A DNA stretch of 34,569 bases, taken from positions 1-34,569 of the IMG/VR virus record IMGVR_UViG_3300037509_000105. The stretch is one strand, 5' to 3'. The position numbers and the translations under genes are program-made. A model generated the notes under the pieces. That model had not been told where the DNA came from and made no database searches. It saw nothing but the letters and a program-made list of their open reading frames with translations. This document shows positions 27,601 through 34,569 of this stretch, one piece after another (the stretch's first letter is position 1; the number at the start of each line of letters is the position of its first letter). Source of the stretch: a virus. Its lineage: Duplodnaviria; Caudoviricetes.

Positions 27601-28711
27601 TACGCGTCTCGTAATGGACGTTATCGCACCGGACGGAAGGCGCGCCTTGGACAACATGGGCGGCCGCCCGGTGGACCGCGAGCCGGGGGTGTACCTCGGG
27701 ACCAGAATCGACGGAGCGACCCGTTGGGTCCGCGACTCGGGGGGCGACGACGGGACCTACTCGAAGGCGAAGCCGCATCTCGACGCGGCGCTGAAGGCGT
27801 TCGTCGACTCGGGCAAGAGTGCCGAGGATTTCGCCCGCTTCGCGCGGGAGAACCTTGGTCCTGCCGCTTCGCGGCACCTTGACCGGTTCCTCCGGGACAC
27901 CCCAAGGAGTGGGTCGTCCACCGGTACAAAGAACGCCACCACGAAATCCGAGCGAGTGGAAAGGGGTCTGCCCGAGCCACCGAGGACCTCGCCGCGGAGT
28001 GGGAGGGATGGGGCTTCGGCTCTGGAAGTCCCGACGCACGAGTCGGCGGCATCCCCTTCGCCAACGGCGAGGACACGGGCAACCGTCGCGGGGGAGATCG
28101 AGTACCTCAGGCGTCGGCGGACAGGTCGCGCGTCGGGTACGGGCTCGCGAAGGCGCGGCTCGGGCGACGTCGACCCGGAGGACCTGCGCGTCGCGAAGGA
28201 CCTGGCGGTCCGTTACGTGGAGTACGGTCACCGCTCCTTCGCCGAGTTCTCCCGGGAGATGCTGACCGAGTTCGGGACGCCGATCCGCCCGCACTTGAGG
28301 CGACTCTACGGCGATGGGCACACCGGCGCGGGAGACCCCGTATCGCGGCTTATCCGGCTCGTCGACGGCGCGAGGACAGCGCGGGGAGAGGCGGGAGCGC
28401 CGGCCGGCGTTCTGGGGAGACCCGGCGGGCGCGATGGTTCCCCTCGGTCGACCGGGGCGACGAAGGGGCAGTTGCCGAGCGTGCGGTCCACGCCTCCGGA
28501 AAGAGGGCTGACGGCGGAGGAGCGGGACGACCTCTTCGTTATGGCCATGAAGACCGACGGGCTCCAGCCGTCCCAAAAGCTCAACGCCCAGCGGGCGCTC
28601 GCCACCCTGTTGGGAGGGGAGTTGCCGACCGCGGGCCAACAGGCGCTCCTGCAGCGGGTGTACGGCCCGGATCTGGTCCAGGCGATCTTGAGGAAGCGGA
28701 CGATGGGGTAG
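21665..28711 (+). CDS. Large polyvalent (ejection-type) protein: M15/LAS peptidase, unknown domain, HExxH zincin-like, LPD3-like, JAB/RadC
   Basis: ITSG.R..SHHNDGNAVD..HIH (~22140-22335); LLHESFH (25031); LPD3-like ..VVREPSDGRFYY (~26060-26390); E..HNHPSG...PS..D..GHVII (27095); repeated GVDPE..G..F..F...M...G..IRPHL helices. Confidence 0.8.
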   Translation: MSPKVLTFDIDGHRVPVQWSEPRDPTADELEAIEREVRETVPKAPKSRGPKPRALKPAATLDQLRTRKGELEATVRQMEVAGRTAKFQRVELANVYGQMREMQPPRPKPATATSPTYNGRLHRAFTVRPGANVNRLTDEAKSVLYDVGEYVHKLGGRAIITSGKRSGSIPSHHNDGNAVDLVLHGLDMQGIADRLRAMGYRAEFERKGQVNPNGSVSTGDHIHISLHRPSGRKRGDGSMLRPPADMRHAKPRVRNVKYDPDPLALLRELDTPESRAKGQAWADELSKTLGFGKKPDAKRPVAKEPLKNLTGAKSPGLLAIEAYFRGQPKSPAPDGPAPLHPYYRMREAAKRDAGEKREAALEAVRTMKGHPAYVGSDAEALDMATAYGSVKAPNTRKTSFESGVNRALRGGEKVFGGIATSAFPGGITRNLTPDQRERLAMQTGAGLGILPLGGISDAMPFIQAIRTDDETPILDAIRETKDSLNLGDPKKTPYEKFVSAVSLGMLSLGLAHGARTALRLGKRIKVEPGKGLVDLEGYLEDTKVRAALQDAGVSPDEVSAAIRGGYGANGTQVPGSRRAAFESALVRKATEAGIPKAQAVAVTKAWRRVAQTWAANTGNSIDDAYARVARITLDEDAPKGALFQIMTARESDMVSPEAIEQWLSKAGKKSGETIKVGVAPYDRTGVGTYENARTGATAPMQGGAGFGKQTHEGAALAFTTQDKTSGAKKVVEDHGTDGYTLIIGQGRSSVLTNTQASRNVVEEMKRASDGVAALEQGYLDRYNSAFDPRHISPDILEEHAIKNPLKPPSGPELQKLAKGWTRDVATVRKYEKRETRPGKFESVLKEEREVVYLRPPIARSWDDVLRDARDLTYPVRGVLHDKLLPKAKREQLGKSPAHYDEVYDNMVEPIFDIGETGDIMGLVRQDGRYGNDGLALGVADGNHQSYPWMATGEHHGMIASKPGEGINLYDIVVPSQRKEVYDAAVKNAGGKVPTRKQIGGQVLRVLGRSGWAELPVDAIERIGYYLEDAKSRRGSIGDGQGVAGQELGRYSPTDPRLDRGLARVRDEERGGVDGPQPAPDGAGSTTLHQRADGVVKAAVTLDEAERAVLHLFTGKTDVSSLLHESFHVWRRMLPEADLAILEKHFGDVRSVKAEEAFSRAGERYLRDGRAPDPELQRLFDQFSGWLRGVYAKLKGSPLEAEVHPDVRGVFDRMFGGEDAPAKAKGQRPAKSVGPGEGGGALSLALPTGHVDPRTGRALDDLVPDGAEPPPPGGAPDPTVGAQAKDLGSSILEPDPLPEAAPGRGGGNRVFTQESYLAAKERIRRRRGRAAAGVDPEELRDWAIVAGHHVESGLREFGAWSRAMVDELGERVRPHLDSLWKRVSETLDDHRRMAEEDAELARARGAGGSGPVRAVPDEEGFMPFREFDDIPKDELWPHAQRAAERPITVRLDHFPEEVGYEAYKAAQKDAEKYFKAHLDKEWVRVPGFGRVHFSSATWEKLARGNFTTFNLIPEIPRLLRAAQYMWKERAKRPEGGYWIGAHRLVVRVKTPKGDFNVWIVVREPSDGRFYYTHFYTDADARWFGNLGDMPEGHPSRSSTGTNDSTRSEDAAGLTDEAGRQRGPDDGPEGPGTGGGASSIAQKAEADGVKGAERALSALEDLFRSDGNGPRIVKEGGSEYEGREGSYRRREGTNPEQERIARGELLALLHRRASVLARAIARRAVGEGGDALLHQRVESPEDVATLAQIVRNAQWEVFRYLFVKDGKVVHESAVSARLPGATQVFVKDDLRELAQWVRGLVEKTGADTIWALHNHPSGRANPSPQDIDVTRKITALIPEIKGHVIIDSNEYAVIQRDGTSEVIAKDFHHGGPDPLHTPAVPHVALGRQMRSVADVAETAALFKHPEGTSLLIGLDAGSLVRSVTTVPSRFLEGDTERLPAFLRRFGRQTGSVAIFISAEPALFDKIGTDPALADRLAKAIRTRLVMDVIAPDGRRALDNMGGRPVDREPGVYLGTRIDGATRWVRDSGGDDGTYSKAKPHLDAALKAFVDSGKSAEDFARFARENLGPAASRHLDRFLRDTPRSGSSTGTKNATTKSERVERGLPEPPRTSPRSGRDGASALEVPTHESAASPSPTARTRATVAGEIEYLRRRRTGRASGTGSRRRGSGDVDPEDLRVAKDLAVRYVEYGHRSFAEFSREMLTEFGTPIRPHLRRLYGDGHTGAGDPVSRLIRLVDGARTARGEAGAPAGVLGRPGGRDGSPRSTGATKGQLPSVRSTPPERGLTAEERDDLFVMAMKTDGLQPSQKLNAQRALATLLGGELPTAGQQALLQRVYGPDLVQAILRKRTMG
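24747..24947 (+). CDS. Candidate nested (+1 frame) small acidic protein
   Basis: MQNLGEDLSETDKEWLARNWAAIPLPIRDLIEDSLG.. reads as a normal protein where the host frame becomes a G/R/D-rich linker. Confidence 0.5.
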   Translation: MQNLGEDLSETDKEWLARNWAAIPLPIRDLIEDSLGFETRNEVVSMALNPRLMEPVPPPSTSAPTE

Positions 28712-28831
28712 GGGGCATCCAGGAGCGGGTGATCCGTCGTTCGCGCCAGGTTTGCTTGACGCCGTCAACGAAGATGGCCTTGCCAACGGGACCGCGAAAA
28801 GCTCGCGCTTGCGGCAGGCGAACTCGCAGGA

Positions 28832-29572
28832 GTGCCAGACGACCTAGAGGGACTTGTCCTGAACTTTGCGGCCGGCGGAATGGCTGGTCTGGCCTTCAAG
28901 GGAGCAGGCTCCGTCCTGAAGACTGTCTTTAAGCACCTGAAGAAAGGCGACACCGCGGCGGAGAAAGCCATTCAAGCCCTTCCTATCCGCCCGGAAAAGA
29001 AGACGGCGGTGGTAGACGCTGTGGCGGTCGCCTCTCCGCGCAAAGAGCCTATTACCGAAGCGGTTGTGGAGACCGCGGAGAAAGCGGAGTCCAAGAGCAT
29101 TGAGCCAAGGCTCCAGGCGCCCGACTCTGATCCAGCCACGGCTTCTGGAGAACCAGAAGAAGTCGTCAGGGAGTCTAGTGAGCTCATCCCAGATCCAACC
29201 AACCGGTTGTACACGGCCACGACGGGTATGCCCGGCGTCAGCGAAAACACCCTGGGGAAGGAAGGGACGGTCGTTTGGAGGGATCCGGCACGATCCCCAC
29301 CCGCTCAGGCAACGGGCGCCACCCTTCAGCAACCCGGGAATACGCCTGCCCCTGGGTCGCCTGGGCCTGTGGTCCAACCGACTAACCCGATTATGCCACC
29401 TGACGATCTGCCGCCTTCGGGAGGGGGAAGAAGCCGCTTGAGAATCCGCCCCGTTCCCACGCTGCATTCTAAAACGACGCCAACTATGGCGCTAGGTTGC
29501 TATTCGCCCCATCGGGCCTCTCGCTCACGCCACTCCGCTTGCTCTTGGTCTCGGTCTTCCCTTATCTCTTGA
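28832..29572 (+). pseudogene. Fragment resembling the interior of a second polyvalent/ejection protein
   Basis: NFAAGGMAGLAF glycine-rich helix, then an E/P/A-rich linker; 3' end looks non-coding. Confidence 0.4.
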
Positions 29573-29649
29573 GTTTGGGAGTCAGAGGTAGGCCAACGAA
29601 AGAGACCGCCGCCAATCGAAGTCACTCGCAACGTTGGCGGGGCTGGGGT

Positions 29650-30303
29650 TGGGGGAGTGATCTAACCGGCATCGGTGGCTCATACGGCATCCATCTGGAT
29701 GCAGCCCAGCGGGCTGCGGCCGAGTTGGGCTTGGCACACGCTCGCGAGGCCCAAAGCATTCCATGGGAGGCGGTAAGGCTTCTCTTCTCGCCAGAGTTCA
29801 AGACCCCGGCGAACAAAGCGGCGATAGAAGACATCTGGAAGAACGTTGATAGTGGTGTACGCTCTGTAGATGATGCTCGACGAGCCATCCGTGACCTTGC
29901 TGGAGGCTTTGACGAACCCTCTTGGAACGGATCTGGTCCGCGCTATACACCTGACGAAATCCGATCGTATCACGAGATCGGAATGGTTGGAGATGGAGTT
30001 CCCGGACGGGGTGCCGGACCCTTGGACGGCGGAGCACGAGGCGGAACTCCCGCCGGGCCTCCGCTCGGACGGATTGGAAATCCCACCGCACTTGCCCAGG
30101 AAGGCGCACCAGGAACCTTAAAAGCGGCCGTCTCGATTCCCGAGAACGAAGCGCCTGTCGTCCACCTCTTTACCGGCGTCTCCGACTTCTCGTCGCTCGT
30201 CCACGAGTCCTTCCACGTGTGGCGCCGCTTCCTGGACGACGCAGACCTTGTTGGCAAGTCATATTCCGTAGAGGCTGAGGAAGCCTTTTCGCGGGCAGGC
30301 GAG
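29650..30303 (+). pseudogene. Orphan paralogous cassette of the polyvalent protein
   Basis: Within ORF 29497-30459: ..AQSIPWEAVRLLF..IW..AGG..PSW domain end, linker, then KAAV..HLFTG..SSLVHESFHVWRR..AEEAFSRAGE, homologous to 24948-25150. Confidence 0.7.
29870..30121 (+). CDS. Candidate nested (+1 frame) small acidic protein; start uncertain (29870/29891/29909)
   Basis: ITRSEWLEMEFPDGVPDPWTAEHEAELPPGLR is protein-like while the host frame is a G-rich linker. Confidence 0.55.
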   Translation: MMLDEPSVTLLEALTNPLGTDLVRAIHLTKSDRITRSEWLEMEFPDGVPDPWTAEHEAELPPGLRSDGLEIPPHLPRKAHQEP

Positions 30304-30355
30304 CCTGCCTCACGCCCGCATTGTACAACGGACCTTACGTTCGGCTCGCCGAAGG

Positions 30356-30775
30356 CTAGCCCTTCATTGGGTCGGATTTGGATTCTCGGATCGATTTGTA
30401 ACAGGAGATTGCAGCCACAACTCCCGGGAGCGAGGAAAGAATCCAGCCCAAGTTCCTGAAAAGCCGGTCACGACCTCGGAGCGGGACCCTGAACAAAATG
30501 CTGTCCCTCTCATCTTGGCGGGCCACGCGTTCACCAGCCCATGGCACGGTGACTGCGACAACAACGTACAGCACGCACGATAGAGTGAAGAAGAAGGATG
30601 GACTCTCTGAGGACCAGGTTGCCCAAATGGCGGCCACCTCCGCTAGGCCCGGCAGAAGGAGAGCTGCCCCGCCCGCAAGCAAACCGGCTTCGTCACAGAT
30701 GATCAGGCATGCCCACAGATGGAGGAACAGCCCAAAGCCGTACGCTAGGGCGTACGACCAAACGAACAGCGTCAG
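30356..30775 (-). CDS. Multi-pass membrane protein (start unclear)
   Basis: Hydrophobic frame extends upstream of TTG 30682 to the TGA of the next gene (LTLFVWSYALAYGFGLFLHLW..). Confidence 0.5.
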   Translation of the reverse strand: MTLFVWSYALAYGFGLFLHLWACLIICDEAGLLAGGAALLLPGLAEVAAIWATWSSESPSFFFTLSCVLYVVVAVTVPWAGERVARQDERDSILFRVPLRGRDRLFRNLGWILSSLPGVVAAISCYKSIRESKSDPMKG

Positions 30776-31090
30776 TCAGCCTTCTTCGTCCTTCGTCCTC
30801 GACCCTGTTGCTAAGGTTGCGGCCCCAGCAACCACGAGCGCCCCGACCGTCGCCCAGTTGTAGGGCACCCAGTCGCTCCGCCTCATCTTCCCGGTCAGCT
30901 CCACCCAGCCAAGGGCGAGCAACACCACGCACAGAGGCAGGAACCACTTTGAAGAGCGCCACAGCATTGCAGCGGTGACCCCACAGGCAGCGGATACGAC
31001 TAGCTTGAGGATGCTGAAGAAGGAGTACGGCGGATCGCCGAGAAGCGCGTACAAGAGCATCGCGATGGCGGCAAGATCGAGAAGAACCAT
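30776..31090 (-). CDS. DUF6804-like membrane protein
   Basis: LL.ALL..PYSFFSILKLVV..R..W pattern (recalled family motif); ATG 31090 with AAGGCGGG upstream. Confidence 0.65.
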   Translation of the reverse strand: MVLLDLAAIAMLLYALLGDPPYSFFSILKLVVSAACGVTAAMLWRSSKWFLPLCVVLLALGWVELTGKMRRSDWVPYNWATVGALVVAGAATLATGSRTKDEEG

Positions 31091-31461
31091 CCCGCCTTTC
31101 GTCGCCTTGTCCACGCAACACCCTATCATCGAGGGGCGGCGGAAGACAAGCGCCCGCACTGTAACACGGGGCTAGGTGGGGGCTTCACCGGGAAGTAGCC
31201 ACAGCGCCAGATGTACCCGTTACCGGGCCCTCCGCTTTCACGCCCTAAGCTCTCTGTGGCATGAAGGGGACTGTACTGTACGACAGACGGGAAGGTCAAA
31301 GATGACCTGGAGTGGGGCCAGAGCCCTGGTTTGAAAATTTAAACGACGTCGAATTCGACGGAGGCGTAGGAACCTCGTACAGTACGACCCGTCAACAGCC
31401 TGTATACTGCTCAACGCAGCGTGTTTTGCGCCAATATAGGCGCTTTTACACTTGGGTCTGA

Positions 31462-31761
31462 GTGAGGGGCACCGTGGAAGACGAGAACACCAAACCTGTC
31501 GAGGTAACCGTAAAAATGCAACCCGAAGCGTTCGTTCGCGCACCTCGCGTGTACGGGCAATCCGCGATTGTGTCCGTCAACCACGAAGAAGCGCAGATGC
31601 TTTTCGGGCAAACGGTGACGCTTGGAGGGGAGCAGACGTTCATGCTCGATTCCGTGGTGTACATGAACCTTGGACACTTTCGAAGGTTCGCCAAGTCCGT
31701 TCAGGCTCAGCTAGAAATGTTCGACAGAATGGCGGGAGGGTCCGACGAAGATGGCGATTGA
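31462..31761 (+). CDS. DUF3467-like protein (start 31462 or 31474)
   Basis: P.VYGQ...V....E..M.FGQ.....VYMN..HFRRF...V..QL..F pattern. Confidence 0.65.
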   Translation: MRGTVEDENTKPVEVTVKMQPEAFVRAPRVYGQSAIVSVNHEEAQMLFGQTVTLGGEQTFMLDSVVYMNLGHFRRFAKSVQAQLEMFDRMAGGSDEDGD

Positions 31762-32308
31762 AGTCGCATTCGTGGCGGGCGCGGCCATTCTGGCATCGTC
31801 CCAGAGGATCAGAGTCGCGGAGCCTAGCGATCGCGTTTCTTTCACTGGATGGTCTACCGCTCGGGCTTCTCGAAAGGAGGAGTGGGCTCACAAGCACCTT
31901 CCTGAGATTGGCCGGATCGCGGCAGGGCTACCTGAGTCCGACATGGAAACCTTTCTGGACGATCTCCACAAGGCCTACATGGCGGAGGACGAACTAGCCT
32001 TTCTCGCTGCGCTCTCAGACTGGGAAGCCACTGCAAACGTGTACGCAACTCCGGGCCTGGGGAATCGCTTAAGGCAGGGCCGACTTGAGCCTAAGGCGCT
32101 GGTGCGCTATTCAGGCACGAGGTTAAGTGTGACCACCCAAGAAACCGACGAGGATCGCGAAGGCTATAGCGAGAGGCAGTTCAAGGCCGCTCTTGTGGCT
32201 GCAAGCCCTGTCATAGCAGAGCGGGCAGAAGCCGCCAAAGCGCGGGGCAGGATCGGCAAAGAAGAGGCGCTTAGACGGATGCGCGAAGCGCTGGATGCTC
32301 ACTCCTGA
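31751..32308 (+). CDS. Putative long antitoxin
   Basis: Overlaps both neighbours; LP....FLDDL..LSDWEATANVYATP core; C-terminal GRIGKEEAL helix upstream of the toxin. Confidence 0.55.
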   Translation: MAIEVAFVAGAAILASSQRIRVAEPSDRVSFTGWSTARASRKEEWAHKHLPEIGRIAAGLPESDMETFLDDLHKAYMAEDELAFLAALSDWEATANVYATPGLGNRLRQGRLEPKALVRYSGTRLSVTTQETDEDREGYSERQFKAALVAASPVIAERAEAAKARGRIGKEEALRRMREALDAHS

Positions 32309-32570
32309 CCTTACTGAGGACGCATCGGAGTTTCTAGACTCGCTTCCCACCAAGACTGCCAATCAGATTTGGAAGAAGATCGCCATGCTTTGCCAGAACC
32401 CGAACGCGGGTGATGTTAAGCAATTGGTCGGATATCCGTTCTTGAGATGCCGCTGCGGTGACTATCGCATCATCTACGAGATAGAGGACCAGACGACCCT
32501 TTTGGTGGTCCTTGTGGGATACCGAGGTGACGACGAAGTTTACAAAGAACTGAAGCGCCTGTACGGCTAA
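32295..32570 (+). CDS. relE: RelE/ParE-family toxin
   Basis: A.EFLDSL..KI..L.QNP..VKQLVG..RCRCGDYRIIYEI..VVLVGYR..VY. Confidence 0.88.
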   Translation: MLTPDLTEDASEFLDSLPTKTANQIWKKIAMLCQNPNAGDVKQLVGYPFLRCRCGDYRIIYEIEDQTTLLVVLVGYRGDDEVYKELKRLYG

Positions 32571-32598
32571 CCCGTTTCTCGCTCCACCCCATCCCCAA

Positions 32599-32631
32599 GG
32601 CCCCACTCCACAGGAGTGGGGTCTTTTCTTT
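32599..32631 (+). terminator. Intrinsic terminator
   Basis: CCCCACTCC-ACA-GGAGTGGGG followed by TCTTTTCTTT. Confidence 0.8.
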
Positions 32632-32707
32632 GACCAACCGACCCATCCGAGGCCCGGCCTTCCATTCTGGAGGTCGGGCCTCCGCGTTTCCAGGAGGAAC
32701 CCACGTC

Positions 32708-33037
32708 ATGTTCATCGTTCAACGAGCCGATAGCGTCGGTCAGTCCAGTGACGGCACCGCGCCCATTTCGGGCGGCACTCCCGTCTTGTCGCTGGGGGCG
32801 CTCACCCCTAGCCGCGTCCGCAGCGGACTGCAGATCAAGAACCACAGCTCGAGCTACGCGCTTCGGGTCTTTCTCAGCCAGTCGGAGACTCCGCCGACCA
32901 TCACGAGCACTTCGCACCATCTGACCATCGACGCCGGTAAGGACCGGTTCCTCGCGATCGGGGGAGCGGTCCGGGTCTGGCTCGTCTCCGCGGACGCGGC
33001 CAACACCGTCGCGTTCACGGCCCTGGAGCTGGTGTAA
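32708..33037 (+). CDS. Small beta-sandwich virion-type protein
   Basis: AGGAGG RBS before ATG 32708; R.GLQIKNHS..LRV pattern. Confidence 0.7.
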   Translation: MFIVQRADSVGQSSDGTAPISGGTPVLSLGALTPSRVRSGLQIKNHSSSYALRVFLSQSETPPTITSTSHHLTIDAGKDRFLAIGGAVRVWLVSADAANTVAFTALELV

Positions 33038-34327
33038 ATGACCGGGGTGCCGCACATCCTGGCCCCTCCCGGCTATTCCTTGGGGGGAAGGCCCCTGTTG
33101 GGGCTGGGTCCCGATCTCGACCCTTTGGTCTCGGACTGGCAGGCCCGCGTCGTCGCCAACGGGGGCAGCGTGTCGAGTAGCACGCTGAACGCGGTCGGCG
33201 ACTTTGTGCGGGGATGTCAGGCCGACGGCCTTTGGTCGAGGCTTCAGCGCGTCAACCTGATGGCGGGCGACCAGTTGGCCGCGGCCCAGGTGCCGCTGAT
33301 CCTGGGCCCGGGCTCGACGCTCGTATCGTCTACGCTCAACAACGGCGGCTTCGAGACGGCGGGCGCGGGTGGGGCGGACGCTTTTGCCTTGTGGTCCGAG
33401 TCCGTGGCGGGCACCAGCACGGTGAACAGGGACACCAGCGACTTCGACACGGGGAGCGCGAGCTGCCGTTTCGACATCGACGCCAGCGCCTCCAGCGCCT
33501 CCGTCATGAACTCGACTCTCCTCACCGTAGGCGTCACCTACTCCTACACGATAAGGGCGAAGGCTTCGATTGCGGGCACGACGGTGCGCGTGGGCGATGG
33601 AGTCGCGGCGAACTCGAACAACCATCCGCTGACCACATCGTGGGCTACCTACACGGGCTCCTTCACCGCCACTACGACCACCTTCTCCCTGGCTCGGCAC
33701 AGCGCGAGTCTTGGCAGTCGGTCGATCTGGGTCGACTCGGCCACGCTCACCAACGCCGCGTTCCCGACCGACGTAAGCTTCAACTTCGTCGGCGGCGACT
33801 ACACGCCGGCCACTGGCCTCACGGGCAACGGGAACTCGAAATACCTGAGCACGGGGCTGGTGCCGAACCTGGAGACGGGCCACATGAGCGCCTACCTGCG
33901 CACGGCCATCGCCTCTGGCGCTACAGTCGTCTACATGGGTTGCCGCATCAGCGACTCCTCGCAAGTGTACCGGCTCGGCCAGACCGCCTCTGGCTCCCAC
34001 GTCGCATGGGGCGCAGCTTCGACCGCGAACATCGCGGGCGGAACCCCTGCGGGTCTGAGCACGGGATCGCGAACCACCACCAGCAGCAACGGCCTGACCC
34101 TCTACCGCAATGGCGCGGTGGCCGCTACCAGCAGCAACGCGGTCACTCCGCTCGGCAGTGGCCTACCCGCCTTCGTTTTCGCGCAGAACGCGGCAGGTTC
34201 GCCGACGACCTACTACGGCGGCTCGATGGGTGGCTACTCCATCGGTGACGCGCTCAACGCCACGGAGCAGCTCGCCCTGTACAACCGCATGCAGGCGTTC
34301 AACGCCGCCCTCGGGAGGTCTGTCTGA
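33038..34327 (+). CDS. Tail fibre / receptor-binding-like protein with a CBM-like insert
   Basis: W.ARV.ANGG..FV...ADGLW N-domain; NGGFE..YSYTIRAK..SWATY CBM4/9-like segment; LamG-like LYRNG..SIG..L C-domain. Confidence 0.65.
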   Translation: MTGVPHILAPPGYSLGGRPLLGLGPDLDPLVSDWQARVVANGGSVSSSTLNAVGDFVRGCQADGLWSRLQRVNLMAGDQLAAAQVPLILGPGSTLVSSTLNNGGFETAGAGGADAFALWSESVAGTSTVNRDTSDFDTGSASCRFDIDASASSASVMNSTLLTVGVTYSYTIRAKASIAGTTVRVGDGVAANSNNHPLTTSWATYTGSFTATTTTFSLARHSASLGSRSIWVDSATLTNAAFPTDVSFNFVGGDYTPATGLTGNGNSKYLSTGLVPNLETGHMSAYLRTAIASGATVVYMGCRISDSSQVYRLGQTASGSHVAWGAASTANIAGGTPAGLSTGSRTTTSSNGLTLYRNGAVAATSSNAVTPLGSGLPAFVFAQNAAGSPTTYYGGSMGGYSIGDALNATEQLALYNRMQAFNAALGRSV

Positions 34328-34569
34328 TGACTTACCAAGAAGCCCAGGACAAGCGCCTGCTGACCACGCAGGAACAGATCGATGCGATCAACGCGCTGCT
34401 CCCTGCCGCCACCCAGGTAGCTGGCTGGCACGAAAGCGGCCAGCTCGTGATCGGAGCCGACCTTCTCACCGATTGCGGGGAGGATTGCACCTACGCGGCG
34501 GCCTGCGCCTTGCTCGAGTCGCTGCCGGTGATCGACGCATCCACCCCCGATCTGCCGGTCGAGCTCTGA
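34327..34569 (+). CDS. Small protein downstream of the fibre gene
   Basis: TGATG coupling; 80 aa ending at the window edge. Confidence 0.6.
   Translation: MTYQEAQDKRLLTTQEQIDAINALLPAATQVAGWHESGQLVIGADLLTDCGEDCTYAAACALLESLPVIDASTPDLPVEL

Larger units (their letters stand above)
4303..34569 (+). mobile_element. Podovirus-type prophage late region (right boundary not in window)
   Basis: Colinear lysis-terminase-portal-capsid-short tail-ejection genes; no tape measure or sheath gene. Confidence 0.88.

Noticed and set aside
28755-28769. CTTGACGCCGTCAAC resembling collapsed IS630 ends
   Set aside because: Too short and lacks the TAGA/TCTA termini and CTNAG; may be chance
24948-30303. Diversity-generating retroelement TR/VR reading of the HESFH duplication
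   Set aside because: Differences are largely synonymous or conservative, not adenine-specific, and no reverse transcriptase is present
31400-31415. LexA box-like CTGTATACTGCTCAAC
   Set aside because: Lacks the closing CAG, and the host's SOS motif is unknown
1-34569. tRNA, rRNA, att sites
   Set aside because: None recognisable by eye

Overview
GC-rich bacterial window. From ~4.3 kb to the right edge it is a + strand, podovirus-type prophage late region, in this order: CHAP endolysin and holin-like genes, small and large terminase, a tandem two-domain GroES-like protein, portal, scaffold, capsid cement, major capsid, tail adaptor and nozzle, ejection-type proteins, a 2348-aa polyvalent protein, a decayed paralogous cassette, antisense membrane genes, a three-gene RelE-type toxin-antitoxin module, and tail-fibre-like genes. 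No integrase, repressor or replication gene is visible. To the left is a frameshifting IS630 stacked between two 206-bp MITEs that share its ends and a CTNAG target. A third MITE sits in frame inside a small phage gene, and a mosaic of palindromic repeats lies between groES and portal. The most interesting signal: inside the polyvalent protein, and again in the downstream orphan cassette, a variable domain is followed by a small acidic ORF overprinted in the +1 frame that stops at the same conserved KAAV..HESFH anchor. This suggests swappable internal effector plus nested partner (immunity-like) modules. All family calls are from motif recognition by eye; no searches were run.
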